Assembly: GCA_044892505.1 (NCBI GenBank)
Contig: CM097883.1
Span: 213,032,001 to 213,096,000, forward strand
Length of the DNA stretch: 64,000 bases
Direction: 5' to 3'
Source of the DNA: Schmidtea nova
Taxonomy: Eukaryota
Both the position numbers and the translations under genes were made by a program. Numbering within the stretch: the stretch's first letter is position 1; every line of letters begins with the position of its first letter. Below are positions 10,891-22,169 of this stretch, piece by piece. The notes beneath the pieces were generated by a model. The model made no database searches, had not been told where the DNA came from, and saw nothing but the letters and a program-made list of their open reading frames with translations.

Positions 10891-11517
10891 ATGGCGTTGC
10901 AAAATGATTCTGATTAAAAAATTGTTGGACCTAGTGGTAGTGGTAAAACGCATTTTGTAAGTAAACTGTTACAATCAAATTTATTTGTTGAAAAATTTAA
11001 TCAAATATATTGGTATCAAGGTTCTGAAACAGAAAATGTCTTGACACAAACAGAATTTTATAAAGTCAAAATGAAAATAATAAAAGATTTTGATAAAGAT
11101 TGGTCAAAGAGATTAAAAGAGAGAGGCATTATCATAATCAATGATTTGTTTCAGGAAGCCAACAAAGAAAAAGAACTTAATAATTTATTTGCAAAGACTT
11201 CTAGACATTTTGGAGTTACATTTATATTCATAACATAAAACCTTTTCCAACAAGGTAGAAATTATGGATCACATAATTTGAATGTACATTATCTGGTTAT
11301 TTTTAAAAACCCAACGGATGCAACGGTTATAGATTTTCTTGCAAGATAAGTATATTCAAACAATGAAAATGTCTGCTTGAAGCATTTCAAGGTGCTACTA
11401 AAGCTCGTCATGAATATTTATTTCTAAGCTTTACTCAAAAATTTCTAATGATTTACGATTAAGAACCAATATATTTAACAAGAACGGTGCGACTATATAT
11501 AAGCAAAGTTGAATAAA
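10891..11517 (+). pseudogene. Polinton/Maverick DNA-packaging ATPase (A32-like) pseudogene
   Basis: IVGPSGSGKT (Walker A, ~10921-10950), IIIINDL (Walker B-like), SRHFGVTFIFIT*NLFQQG, LNVHYLVIFKNPTD; frameshift and stops. Confidence 0.88.
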
Positions 11518-11534
11518 TAAAAAGAAATGTAAAA

Positions 11535-11720
11535 ATGTCTTTTCAAAAATTCATTATCAAACCTCCAAAGAAAACTAATTTAAAGAATTTAATTAGAAAA
11601 CGAAAGAAGAAGAAGAAGGTTTCAAACCGAGTTCCTACAAAAAACCAAGTTATACGCCTCCAAAATAGTTTGAATTACTTTGGAAACAAAGTATATTTTT
11701 CAGAAGATCTAGACTTATGA
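11535..11720 (+). CDS. Small Lys/Arg-rich ORF directly after the ATPase (possible Polinton basic protein remnant)
   Basis: KPPKKTNLKNLIRKRKKKKK; same strand, 18 bp after the ATPase end; the 3' end is probably cut by the BEL fragment. Confidence 0.3.
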   Translation: MSFQKFIIKPPKKTNLKNLIRKRKKKKKVSNRVPTKNQVIRLQNSLNYFGNKVYFSEDLDL

Positions 11721-11724
11721 AAAT

Positions 11725-12050
11725 TTCATGAAGCTTACCGTATTTTTCATCAATGCTGAAGGCACCGAAACAATGAGAAGCATCGAAAACTATTCTTACC
11801 TTTGTAGTTTCTTTTTTCACGCCGAACCACTTGAAAAAGTGACAATAACCACCCTGTTTTGCCCATCGTTTTATCCACTTTTCTAAAATAGCCAATCCAT
11901 CTTTTTGCATTCTCTTCTCCAGACTTAGAAGTCTTTTTTCAACAGCACTTCATTTGTTGTAAAATAAGATTGAATGATGTGAGTCTGTCTGTTGAATTTG
12001 ATTTATTTACAATAATAAACAATTTTGAGTTTGGCCTTGTGGATTTTATT
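11725..12050 (-). mobile_element. BEL/Pao LTR-retrotransposon pol fragment
   Basis: KRLLSLEKRMQKD and KKETTKVRIVFDAS match the BEL/Pao RT N-terminal motifs. Confidence 0.7.
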
Positions 12051-12189
12051 TTGTGAATATGTTTGAAACCACCATTTAAGCGGCAAAACCAAAGAGAAAA
12101 TACTTCAATTTGTCTTTAAGGTCACAATGACAGTAGTTGGAAACAGATCATTTACAAATCTAATTCTTCAAAAGCTAATTCGGTTGTAT

Positions 12190-12640
12190 ATGACACTTCC
12201 AAGCGTGGATTATATTAGCATGCATCAATGTTTTATTTTCTTGACCGATTTACAGATCTTTTGTATCTACTTTATAATAATTATATTAATGAACCAGTTT
12301 CCTTGTTTTTTGTATTTGATTGATTGAAACGCATCATGGAAACGAGGTTTTCTGTTGTTGATGTAAATCGTTTCTATGCAACTTAAAATTCTATTGATTT
12401 TCAATTCAACCTTTTTTAGTACAACATCATCTTTAGTTATATTTGCAGCTAAACTATCAAACAATGACTTTAATTTCACCTATACGGCAATCTAAACGGT
12501 ATTTCTTCTACCAAAAAATAAATTTTTTAGTCGTAGTACATTTGAACCAATTTGACTTCAGTCTTCATTTTCCTTTTACTTTCCTCTCTCTTGATGTCTT
12601 CACCCTTGATTTGGCTACTAAATATTTTATCATAAGTGAT
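12190..12640 (-). pseudogene. Decayed paralog of ORF 88-537
   Basis: KLVQMYYD*KIYFLVEEIPFRL vs KPVQIYHGHKMYFLVSEIDFSL; INNRKPRFHDAFQSIK...WFINI vs INNRQTKFFDSFEEIQ...WYINI; stops and frameshifts. Confidence 0.8.
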
Positions 12641-12879
12641 ATTATCCAACAGGTTTCGTTGTATTTAAAGTCACGAGTTTATTTCTATGTCCAATGAGAA
12701 TGACGCATAATATGTTATGCATGTATATGTCTTTGTTGCATGTGAGTAGGTAGATGTGTGGAGTCAAACACAAAGAAAAGAAAATTCAAACCAAGACCAT
12801 AAGTCACCGATATGTAATATTCAAAATAAAATGGTCTCATGTAACTAAATTATCATTAACTTTGTTTTTGACATATCGA

Positions 12880-13170
12880 ATTAAGGCGACAGGATGAAAG
12901 GAAAAGGGCACTATATAAACTGAATGCAATTTGCCGATATTGCCAGTCGAGGCAAATATTTATAATTTGAGGTGATAATCAGGAACGACAGAAAAGACGC
13001 TTAAACAGAAATTGAAGGTTAGAGTGCAGATTTATCAATTTTTCCTGCGTACCTTAAAAAGATATTTTCTATTAGGATACTTACCATAACGGAAAGAGAT
13101 TGCAGAGAACATTTCTGTAACTTTGTGTAATCGAAATTGTGTTTGATCAATTTTAAAATAAAAATTATTG
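12880..13170 (+). repeat. Unclassified interspersed repeat, copy 2
   Basis: Homologous to 4850-5140 (minus strand). Confidence 0.75.
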
Positions 13171-13240
13171 TAAAACATTTTTCGGATGACCTTTGTTTTT
13201 AACAAATAAAGCTTTGTGATACCCAGTGCAAATCCCCAAT

Positions 13241-13278
13241 AGCAGACTAGATTCGAGCTTTTGGCTCTCATCAGTGTT
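13241..13278 (-). ncRNA. Minimal type I hammerhead ribozyme motif, probably inactivated (A15.1>U)
   Basis: Minus strand AACA-CTGATGA-GAGC-CAAAA-GCTC-GAAT-CTAG-TC-TGCT: canonical CUGAUGA, 4-bp stem II, palindromic stem III, GUC triplet. Confidence 0.7.
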
Positions 13279-13305
13279 AGGCAAGAGACAAGAAAATTTC
13301 TCTTC

Positions 13306-15735
13306 AGTAGTAGGATGTGTCCCCGTAATATATAGGTCAAATCCCTATACCCCCCCCCGGGAAAATTTTTTTTATGTAGGTCAAATTTTATGTAGGTCAT
13401 TTTAAGGTGAATTTAAGGTCAGATTTTTAGTTTTAGGACACTTTGAGGACAAAGAAGTAGATCTAGGTCGATTTAAGGACACTTTAGGGTCATTTATAAG
13501 GCGAATTTAAGGTCAAATAAAGTAGCTCATATATTTAAAATTAAAATATTATAATTTAAGGACAATTTAAGGTCATATAAAGTAGATCAAATATTTAAAT
13601 ATTTAATTTAAAGTAAAATTAGGTACTTTTTATACGAAAATTAGATATTATTTAAATTAAATTAAGTAGGTCATATATGAAATTAAGTAGGTCATATATT
13701 TAAATATTGAATTTAAAGTAAAATTAGGTACTTTTGTATGAAAATTAGATACTATTTAAATTAAATTAAGTAGGTCATATATGAAATATTTTTTAATTAA
13801 GTAAGTCATATATTTAATTAAAAGTCAAATTAGGTACTTTTTATACGAAAAATAGATATTATTTAAATTAAATTAAGTTGGTCATATATGAAAATATTTT
13901 TAAATAAAGTAGGTCATATATGAAAGTCGTATTATTTAATTTAAAATAAGTAGGTCATATATGAGAAATTAAACATTTATTATCAAATAAAGTAGGTCAT
14001 ATATGAAATGTTTTTATTTAATTTAAATTAAGTAGGTCATATATGAAAATCGTATTGTTTAATTTAAAATAAGTAGGTCATATATGAAAATATTTTTATT
14101 TAATTTAAATTATGTAGGTCATATATGAAATCATTTTAATTTAAAGTCAGATTAGGTACATTTTATATGAAAATTAAATATTATTAAAGTCAAATTAAGT
14201 ATGTCATATATGAAAATATTTTTATTTAATTTAAATAAAGTAGGTCAAAAATGAAGACATTATTATTTAATTTAAAATTAAGTAGGTCATATATGAAATA
14301 TTTTTATTTTAGACAAAATAAAGTAGGTTATATATGAAAATCGTATTATTTAATTTAAAATAAGTAGGTCATATATGAAAAATTAAATATTTATTATCAA
14401 ATTAAGTAGGTCATATATGAAAATATTTTTATTTACGGCATAATTAAGTACTTAATATATGAAAATTATTTTTTATTTAAAGTCAAATTAGGTACTTTAT
14501 ATGAAAAATTATTTTTTAATTTAAGTAGGTCATATATAAGAGAAAGTAAATATTTATTATCAAATTAAGTAGGTCAAATATGAAAAATTAAAATATTATA
14601 TTTTAAGGACAATTTAAGGTCAAATAAAGTAGGTCATATATGAGAAATTAAATATTTTTTATCAAATTAAGTAGGTCATTAATGAAAAATGAAAATATTA
14701 TAATTTCAGGACAATTTAAGGTCAAATAAAGTAGGTCATATATTTAAATTAAGTAGGTCATATATGAAATTTTTTTATTAAAACAAAATTAAGTACCTAA
14801 TATATGAAAAATATTTTTATTTAAAGTCGAATTAGGTACTTTTTATAAGAAAATTAGATATTATTAAGTAAGTCATATATTTAATTTAAAGTAAAATTAG
14901 GTACTTTTTATACGAAAATTAGATATTATTAAAGTTAAATTAAGTAGGTCATATATGAAAATCGTATTATTTAATTTTAAAAAAATAGGTCATATATGAA
15001 AATATTTTTATTTAATTTAAATTATGTAGGTCATATATGAAATCATTTTAATTTAAAGTCAGATTAGGTACTTTTTATATGAAAATTAAATATTATTAAA
15101 GTCAAATTAAGTAGGTCATATATGAAGACATTATTATTTAATTTAAAATTAAATAGGTCATATATGAAAATATTTTTATTTAATACAAAATAAAGTAGGT
15201 TATATATGAAAATATTTTTATTTAATTTAATTTAAGTAAGTCATATATGAAAATTATAATTCAAGGACACTTTAAGGTCAAATAAAGTAGGTCAAATAAA
15301 TAATATTTTTATTTAAGTCATAATTAAGTACTAAATATATGAAAAATATTTTTATTTAAAGTCAAATTAAGTACTTTATATGAAAAATTAGATATTATTA
15401 AAGTCAAATTAAGTAGGTCATATATGAAAAATTAAATATTTATTATCATATTGAGTAGGTCATATATGAAAATATTTTTATTTAATTTAAAAGTAAGTAA
15501 CTCATATATGACAAATTATAATTTAAGGACAATTTAAGGTCAAATAAAGTAGGTCATATATGAGAAATTAAATATTTATTATCAAATAAAGTAGGTCATA
15601 TATGAGAAATTAAATATCTATTATCAAATTAAGTAGGTCATATATGAAATATTTTTATTTAATTTAAAATTAAGTAGGTCATATATGAAAATTTATAATT
15701 TAAGGACAATTTACGTTCAAATAAAGTAGGTCTTT
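13306..15735 (+). mobile_element. Polinton/Maverick left terminus (13306) followed by a ~2.4-kb subterminal AT-rich repeat array
   Basis: AGTAGTAGGATGTGTCCCCGT at 13306, then dozens of ~35-45 bp units built on AAGTAGGTCATATATGAAA. Confidence 0.7.
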
Positions 15736-15884
15736 TGGATGAATTGATTGTGATTGAGTATGAGATTTTTATAAGGTCTTTTGTAAGCCCATCAAGCTTA
15801 TCACCACAGTGCGTTTTCTTTATTATAAAGTTATTATTAATATCAATAATTCCCAATTTTGACTATAGAACTTTAAAGATGTAC

Positions 15885-15980
15885 TTGTTTAAAAAAGTTT
15901 TGATCTATAGTCTTACCATTATGGGAATTATTGATATTAATATTAATAAATATCAAAGGTGAAACAAAAAGATAATTATG
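15885..15980 (+). repeat. PLE pLTR-tail repeat lacking the ribozyme part
   Basis: TTTGATCTATAGTCTTACCATTATGG...TCAAAGGTGAAACAAAAAGATAATTATG. Confidence 0.7.
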
Positions 15981-16128
15981 ATAGTATAAAGTTATTAATG
16001 ATTTTTATTTTATGATTGAGATGTGGCAAATGATTGCAACGTTTGTTTTAAGTAAATAAGAGAATCATTCGAAAGGTTAATATTGTTAAAGAATATGTCA
16101 AATTTGAAATAATTTTAATATTAATATA

Positions 16129-16620
16129 CAGGTACGGACAAAAAATTAAGGACACCCGCATTTTTTTCCATTAATTATATTTAAAACATGTACAAAGCAT
16201 AGATAAGGTGTATTATAGTACATAAATAAATATTAACTGAGCATAAAAGTATGGAAACAATCAAGAATAACAAGTAATGAGTTAGAAAGCCTTGATACTG
16301 GAGCACAGCTCTTATTCTTCTAGGCATGAAATCAATTAGTTGTTGACAATATTCCAATGAAACTTCATGGATGATGGCATTACTCAAATCAATCACTATC
16401 TGAGGGTTCCTTTGCCTGACTTACATTTTTAAATGACTCCATAAATTCTTTTTTTGGTTACAATCTGCTGACTGCCCTGACCAGTCCATCTGCTTAATAC
16501 CATTCACCCTTTAAGATCTATTACATGGCGCCACATCATCTTGAAAAACCCCATTAGTAACTCTCTGAAAATGTTTTTTTCATTTTCCTTTTTACTTCAT
16601 TGTTAAGTACTGAATTAAGT
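16129..16620 (-). mobile_element. Tc1 (DD34E-type) transposon 3' remnant with one TIR
   Basis: TA|CAGGTACGGACAAAAAATTAAGGACA end; minus-strand VFQDDVAPC, WSGQSADCNQKKNLWSHLK and CQQLIDFMPRRIRAVLQYQGFLTHY. Confidence 0.8.
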
Positions 16621-19600
16621 ACTGTATTTAAATATTAAAAGTAACTGTCTGTAAACCTTTGGTAATATGCTAAAAAGTATTTTGTTCCCTGAAGTTATTA
16701 CATGATTGAGGAATTCGTTGATTTGTTTTATTAACAACAGATTTTGTAGTTTAATAAATTTATATCAGCAGGCTTAACAATTGTGATATCCTCGTTGCAT
16801 TTTGTAAAATAAATTAGTTGAACATTTTTAAATTGTTAAAAGTTTAAACAAGAATTGGAGTTGATGTCAGATTGGGTAGAATTATAAACAACTTCACGAG
16901 GCTAGATTATATTCATATATTAATTTTGGGCTTAATTATTTCAAAGATTTATGGTCATTAAATAGCAAAAGTTTTATAATTGTTCATTCTCAATGCTTTA
17001 AACAAAAAAATTAAAAATTAAAAAAAACAAAAATAATTTAATATTTTATTCCTGTTTATATGAAAGGTCAATAAATAATACAAGAGGATAAAAAGAATTT
17101 AAATTAAATATTTTCCCAAAAAAATTGCAAAACATTTGAGGACAATTTTATTGAGATTAGTCAAATTAAATGATTGGAAAGAAAATAAGGACTTCGTTGT
17201 TTCTTTCTCGAGGCTATACAAATAATTAATGAATTTCTATTTAAACAGTTTGATTTTTCTTTTGAAGTAATATCTAAGCCTCACCTACATCAGATGAATA
17301 AAACAAAAAAATGTTTTTCTCTGATTAGATTTCTTTGTATTTGAATAATCTGTCGGAAATTTTGATTTTTTTATTTTTTAAAAAGATTTTCATCTCTGAT
17401 TTTGTAAGTTTTATTAATTATTATTACTATTATTTACAATTGTTCGAATCAAATTCGGCTTACTTCAAATAATAGAAATAATCATCATTTAATGTCTTCA
17501 ATGATTGCAATGGCGGAATTTTATTTAGAAATAAATTCGGTTTTTATTGTTGAAAGAAATATTTGGTTGTAATAAAATTCTGAAATTAGGTGAATTTAAA
17601 TTAGAGAAATTTTTGTTTTCTTTCAAATTCTTTAGATTAAATTTGCATTTCCATCCTCCTTAACAATATTCACAGCAATTAAAATTTTTAATTTTAAATT
17701 TTTGTAAAAGTTAGTCTGCTTTAATTATATAATTGTAAATGAATTTTTGATTGTATTTACTTCTTATTTATAAACATTATAATTATTGTGCATGTGCTGT
17801 AAATAAATAAACTGTAAAATANNNNNNNNNNNNNNNNNNNNNNNNNNNNNNNNNNNNNNNNNNNNNNNNNNNNNNNNNNNNNNNNNNNNNNNNNNNNNNN
17901 NNNNNNNNNNNNNNNNNNNNNNNNNNNNNNNNNNNNNNNNNNNNNNNNNNNNNNNNNNNNNNNNNNNNNNNNNNNNNNNNNNNNNNNNNNNNNNNNNNNN
18001 NNNNNNNNNNNNNNNNNNNNNNNNNNNNNNNNNNNNNNNNTTAATAATAAATTATTAATTATTAATTAATTAATTAATTAATTAATAATAATTAATTAAT
18101 AATAATAATTAATTAATAATAATTAATAAATAATAATTAATATTTAAGAAAATTAATAAAAAGAAAATTAATAAACGAAATTAAATAAAATTAAGATTCT
18201 AAATAAAATTAATTAATTAAAGTTTGATTTATTTATTTTACAGTTTATTTATTTTACACCACATTATAATTATTGTGCATGAATGTTTCTTGAATGTCCC
18301 AGTCATATTATTATGTCAATGAATATTGTTTATCACACTTAATAAAATTTTTTCTAAATTTTTTCTAAATTGTTATTTAATTTTATTAAAGCTTTACCAC
18401 AAAATTTGTCTCATCAATAAGTTTTATAACTTGCGCATTTTGATAATTATATATTTTGAAGGATTCATTTAAAATAAGAATAAAAAAAATAATAATGATA
18501 ATAACACAATGATAAATAATACATTTTAAATAAGAATATAAAAATTAATAATAAATTATGTATGTAAGCAATAATTTTAAAAATACGATTAAAATTTTAT
18601 TGCTCAAAATACAAGAATTGATTTAAAAAGTATAAAAAAATATAAAAAAATATTTTTTTAAGTTTTGATAAAGCCCTTATAAACTAAATGACAAATTCAA
18701 TATAAAAATTTTAAAAAAATATTGGAATATTGTTTATAAAATGTAGTGAAAATCTTATTTAAGAATTTCAAAAGTATACAAAATTATAAGTAGTAAAATT
18801 TTAGTTTGTATGAAATTCTAATTTGAATTATTTAGGTCTCAAGAAACGTTGTTTAAGTAAGAACAATAAAAAGAGCATTATTATATTTTTACAAGATTTC
18901 ATTAATAAATAATTGAAATTTATAGTCTTATTTAGTTAATAAGGAGTCAGGGGAATTAAACACGATAACCATTAATTGTTTAAATTTAAACTTTAAAAAG
19001 ATATTTTTAATTTGTTATATTTCATTCAATTTTGAGTTTCTTAATAATAATATTAAGGGAATAAATATCATTTGGCATTTTTAGTGGTCTGAAACTAAAA
19101 ATATCAATTGACATTTTTTTAATCTTTTATTATTATCTCAGAATCAATTTTTACATAATTGTTACAGAATTAATATTTTCTTCTTTGTATTTCTTTGAAG
19201 TTTATTTTTGTCATTTTTAATTAAAAAACGATCTTGTTGACCAGACTCGAAGACATACATCAAAACGTATTTATGCGATTTTGGGACTTGAAAGGTGCAT
19301 CACTTTTATAAGCTCAACAATATAACAAAAGAAATTCTGAATATTCAAATACAAATCATTATGACCATTTTTTGTATTTTTTTATGAATAAATTTAATCA
19401 ATTTATATTTATAAACTATTTTCCTTTATAACTATAATTAAAATAATAAATTTTAAATTTAAATTTAACGAGTGACTATATAGTTTTAACTTTAACAACA
19501 ATGAAGATTGTTATTTTACACGGTAACAATATTTTTCAATCATCTAAAATATAAACAATTTAAAGTAAAAAACTAGATTTATTTAGTTTAAATTACCGTA

Positions 19601-19714
19601 AATAAATTTAAATTTCTTAAAAAAAATAGATAAAACAATATCAAAATTTCGTGTTAAAAATAGTGATCAATAGTTTGAAAAAAAATAATTAAAAATGAAT
19701 TATATACAAATATC

Positions 19715-19965
19715 ATAATTATCTTTTTTTTTCACCTCTGATCTCTTTTTATTTATATTAAATATTTCTATAATAGTATGACTATAGATCAAATGTTTTT
19801 TAAAAAGTACACAATATTTCGGCACAGCCTTTATCAAGTGTGTATACTAGAATGTACACACCTGATAAAAGCAATGCCGAAATATTGTGTATTTGTTAAA
19901 AATAACTTTGATCTATAGTGATATCATTATGGAAATTATTGAAATAAACATTATAAAAGAAAATA
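19715..19965. ncRNA. Head-to-head pair of hammerhead motifs (19809-19843 minus, intact; 19856-19890 plus, variant), each with its tail
   Basis: ACAC-TTGATAA-A-GGC-TGT-GCC-GAAA-TA-TT-GTGT on the minus strand; CTGATAA-AAGCAATGCC-GAAATATTGTGT on the plus strand. Confidence 0.7.
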
Positions 19966-20529
19966 ACCAACAAAAAAACAATATATATATATATATATAT
20001 ATGGGCGTGCAAATATTTTTTTCAATTTAAGTCCTTTTTACATGTTTTTGGAGGTGAAATTATAAAAGACTTTTTACAAATATTATTTTTTTCTTTAAGA
20101 ATATTTAGAAAACATTTTAAAACTAAACAATTTCTGAATCCCACTCCAACTAATTTTGGCAAACTAGTAAAATCCTAAATTGCATTTTGTAATCTGTCAC
20201 GTTTCCCAGGTAATGTACTAATCATGAGGCTTTTTCTACATCAAAAATGGAATTCTTACTAATTTTTAGAAATTATCGTATAAATTGTATTTGTTAATAA
20301 ATTGCAATTTTATGTATTTTCGTTAATTAAATTCTTTGTTAATTCTTTGTAACTTTTTGTTACAATTTATGTTATTTAGTTTTATAAAAATAAGGCCATA
20401 AAATGCCTCAGTTTGTATTTTTGTAAATTTTATTGTTTATTGAAATTAAATATTAAAATAAAATTGCCGACACTTTTAAGTGTTAAAATATTTTTTAAAA
20501 AAATATTTAAATAGGAAATTCTAACATAT

Positions 20530-21004
20530 TTAACATAGTGTCAAAGTCTTTAAAATCAGTAAATATGTTTAGTTATAAATTTCAAACCCCAATAGGTTTA
20601 GTTTCTGATCTAGTGTATAAGTTTTTTTGTAAAGGGTGCCATGCCACATACATTGGAGAGACTTCCCGTCATCTCCGCACACGGGTTCAGGAACATAGCC
20701 GATTGAAAGGTGTGAGTAATATTATTGAGCATAGAAAAATGTGTAAAGGAGAAACTGACTTAAAAAATTTTTAAATTATATTAAAAAACTTTAACAATAA
20801 ATGGGAAAGAATTTTATGTGAGGCGTTGGTGATTAAATTACAATCCCCTACAATTAATATTCAATCAGCAACGAATTTATTGAGATTATTTAATTACCTC
20901 ATTAAATCATAGCCATTACGTCATTACTGTTTTCGTATATAGTATTTGATTTAGATTATAATGACAGACTGATGGTGAGGACTATGTCCTTGAAATATAT
21001 TTCT
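20530..21004 (+). mobile_element. Penelope-like element 3' fragment (GIY-YIG endonuclease) with a degenerate hammerhead at 20966-21004
   Basis: LVYKFFCKGCHATYIGETSRHLRTRVQEH...WERILCEALVIKLQSPTINIQ; downstream CTGATGGTGA-GGAC-TAT-GTCC-TTGAAA-TATA-TT. Confidence 0.85.
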
Positions 21005-21654
21005 ATTATGTGGCAATTTCGTGTTTTTAAATAATGTATATTTTATTTTATTTCTAAAGCTTTATATTTAAACATTTACTTAAATTTTTTCCTTTTCAGT
21101 GTCACTAGTTTCTTTTGATCCCAAATTTTAGTAAATATTTTTAATGCAAACTGTCGATATAAACTATGTGACATCATATCAGTTTCAGAAATAAAATTAA
21201 ATAGCTTCACTATTGAAAATATATGTTTCAATGTATGAAAATAATAAAAATAACGAAGTGCTGGAATTTCAATATCTGGACAATAGATGGAATGGAATTA
21301 GAGATGAAATATGAGTACAAAATCTCAGATTTTTTTTAATCAACAACATCAAAATAGGGGAAAAATCAATTATGAATAAATTTATTTTATTCAAAAAAAT
21401 TTTGTTTTTATATTTATTTTCATTTGTTCAGACTATAGATCAATATTATTTTAATTTAACATAAGGTTTTGGCACTTTTTAATAAATTTGTGATTAATGT
21501 GTTTTTTTACTTTTCAAGTCTAATAACACTTACAAAATGTCAGGCCCAAACATTTGAGTTAAAATTAAATAAAAAACAGATGTAAAAACTTAACGAAAAC
21601 AAATGAAAGTGTAAACAAATAGTACTCAACTGATATATATATATATAGATTTTA

Positions 21655-22015
21655 CTAGAAAGTACATAAAACAACTCCATCTATAGAAGAAACAAAATGC
21701 CAGATTCTACAAGAGGGATTCAAAAATTCATTACAAAGATTAGCTTCCGAGACTTTACATAAAAAAACAAACCGTCCATCAACAATCAATTCGCACAAAA
21801 AAATTAAAATAAATTTTTTTCATCCAATAAATTCATTATAAAATATAAAAAAAATAATTATGGTAACTATTTAGGAATAATTTAATATAACGATTGAAAT
21901 ACACACTTGATAAAGGCTGTGCCGAAATATTGTGTTATTGTTTATAAAAAAAATTTTTTGATCTATAGTCAGCATTATGAGAATTATTGATAATAATAAT
22001 AAAAAAAGATCAAAG
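21655..22015 (+). mobile_element. PLE 3' end plus hammerhead (21901-21935); mirror copy of 22170-22530
   Basis: Essentially identical reverse complement across the 22016-22169 gap; may be an assembly duplication. Confidence 0.6.
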
Positions 22016-22169
22016 NNNNNNNNNNNNNNNNNNNNNNNNNNNNNNNNNNNNNNNNNNNNNNNNNNNNNNNNNNNNNNNNNNNNNNNNNNNNNNNNNNNNN
22101 NNNNNNNNNNNNNNNNNNNNNNNNNNNNNNNNNNNNNNNNNNNNNNNNNNNNNNNNNNNNNNNNNNNNN

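Noticed and set aside
12900-13030. GIY-YIG fragment (GTTEKTLKQKL)
   Set aside because: The homologous copy at 5.0 kb does not preserve the motif; probably chance.
2246-13326. A single Polinton that captured the GPCR between TIRs
   Set aside because: The two termini point outward, so the GPCR lies outside both elements.
13035-13400. 121-aa minus-strand ORF
   Set aside because: It spans a Polinton tip, a ribozyme and an unrelated repeat, so it is a chance frame across junctions.
13375-15735. CRISPR-like array (also considered for 59590-59800)
   Set aside because: Eukaryotic context, degenerate repeats, non-unique spacers and no cas genes.
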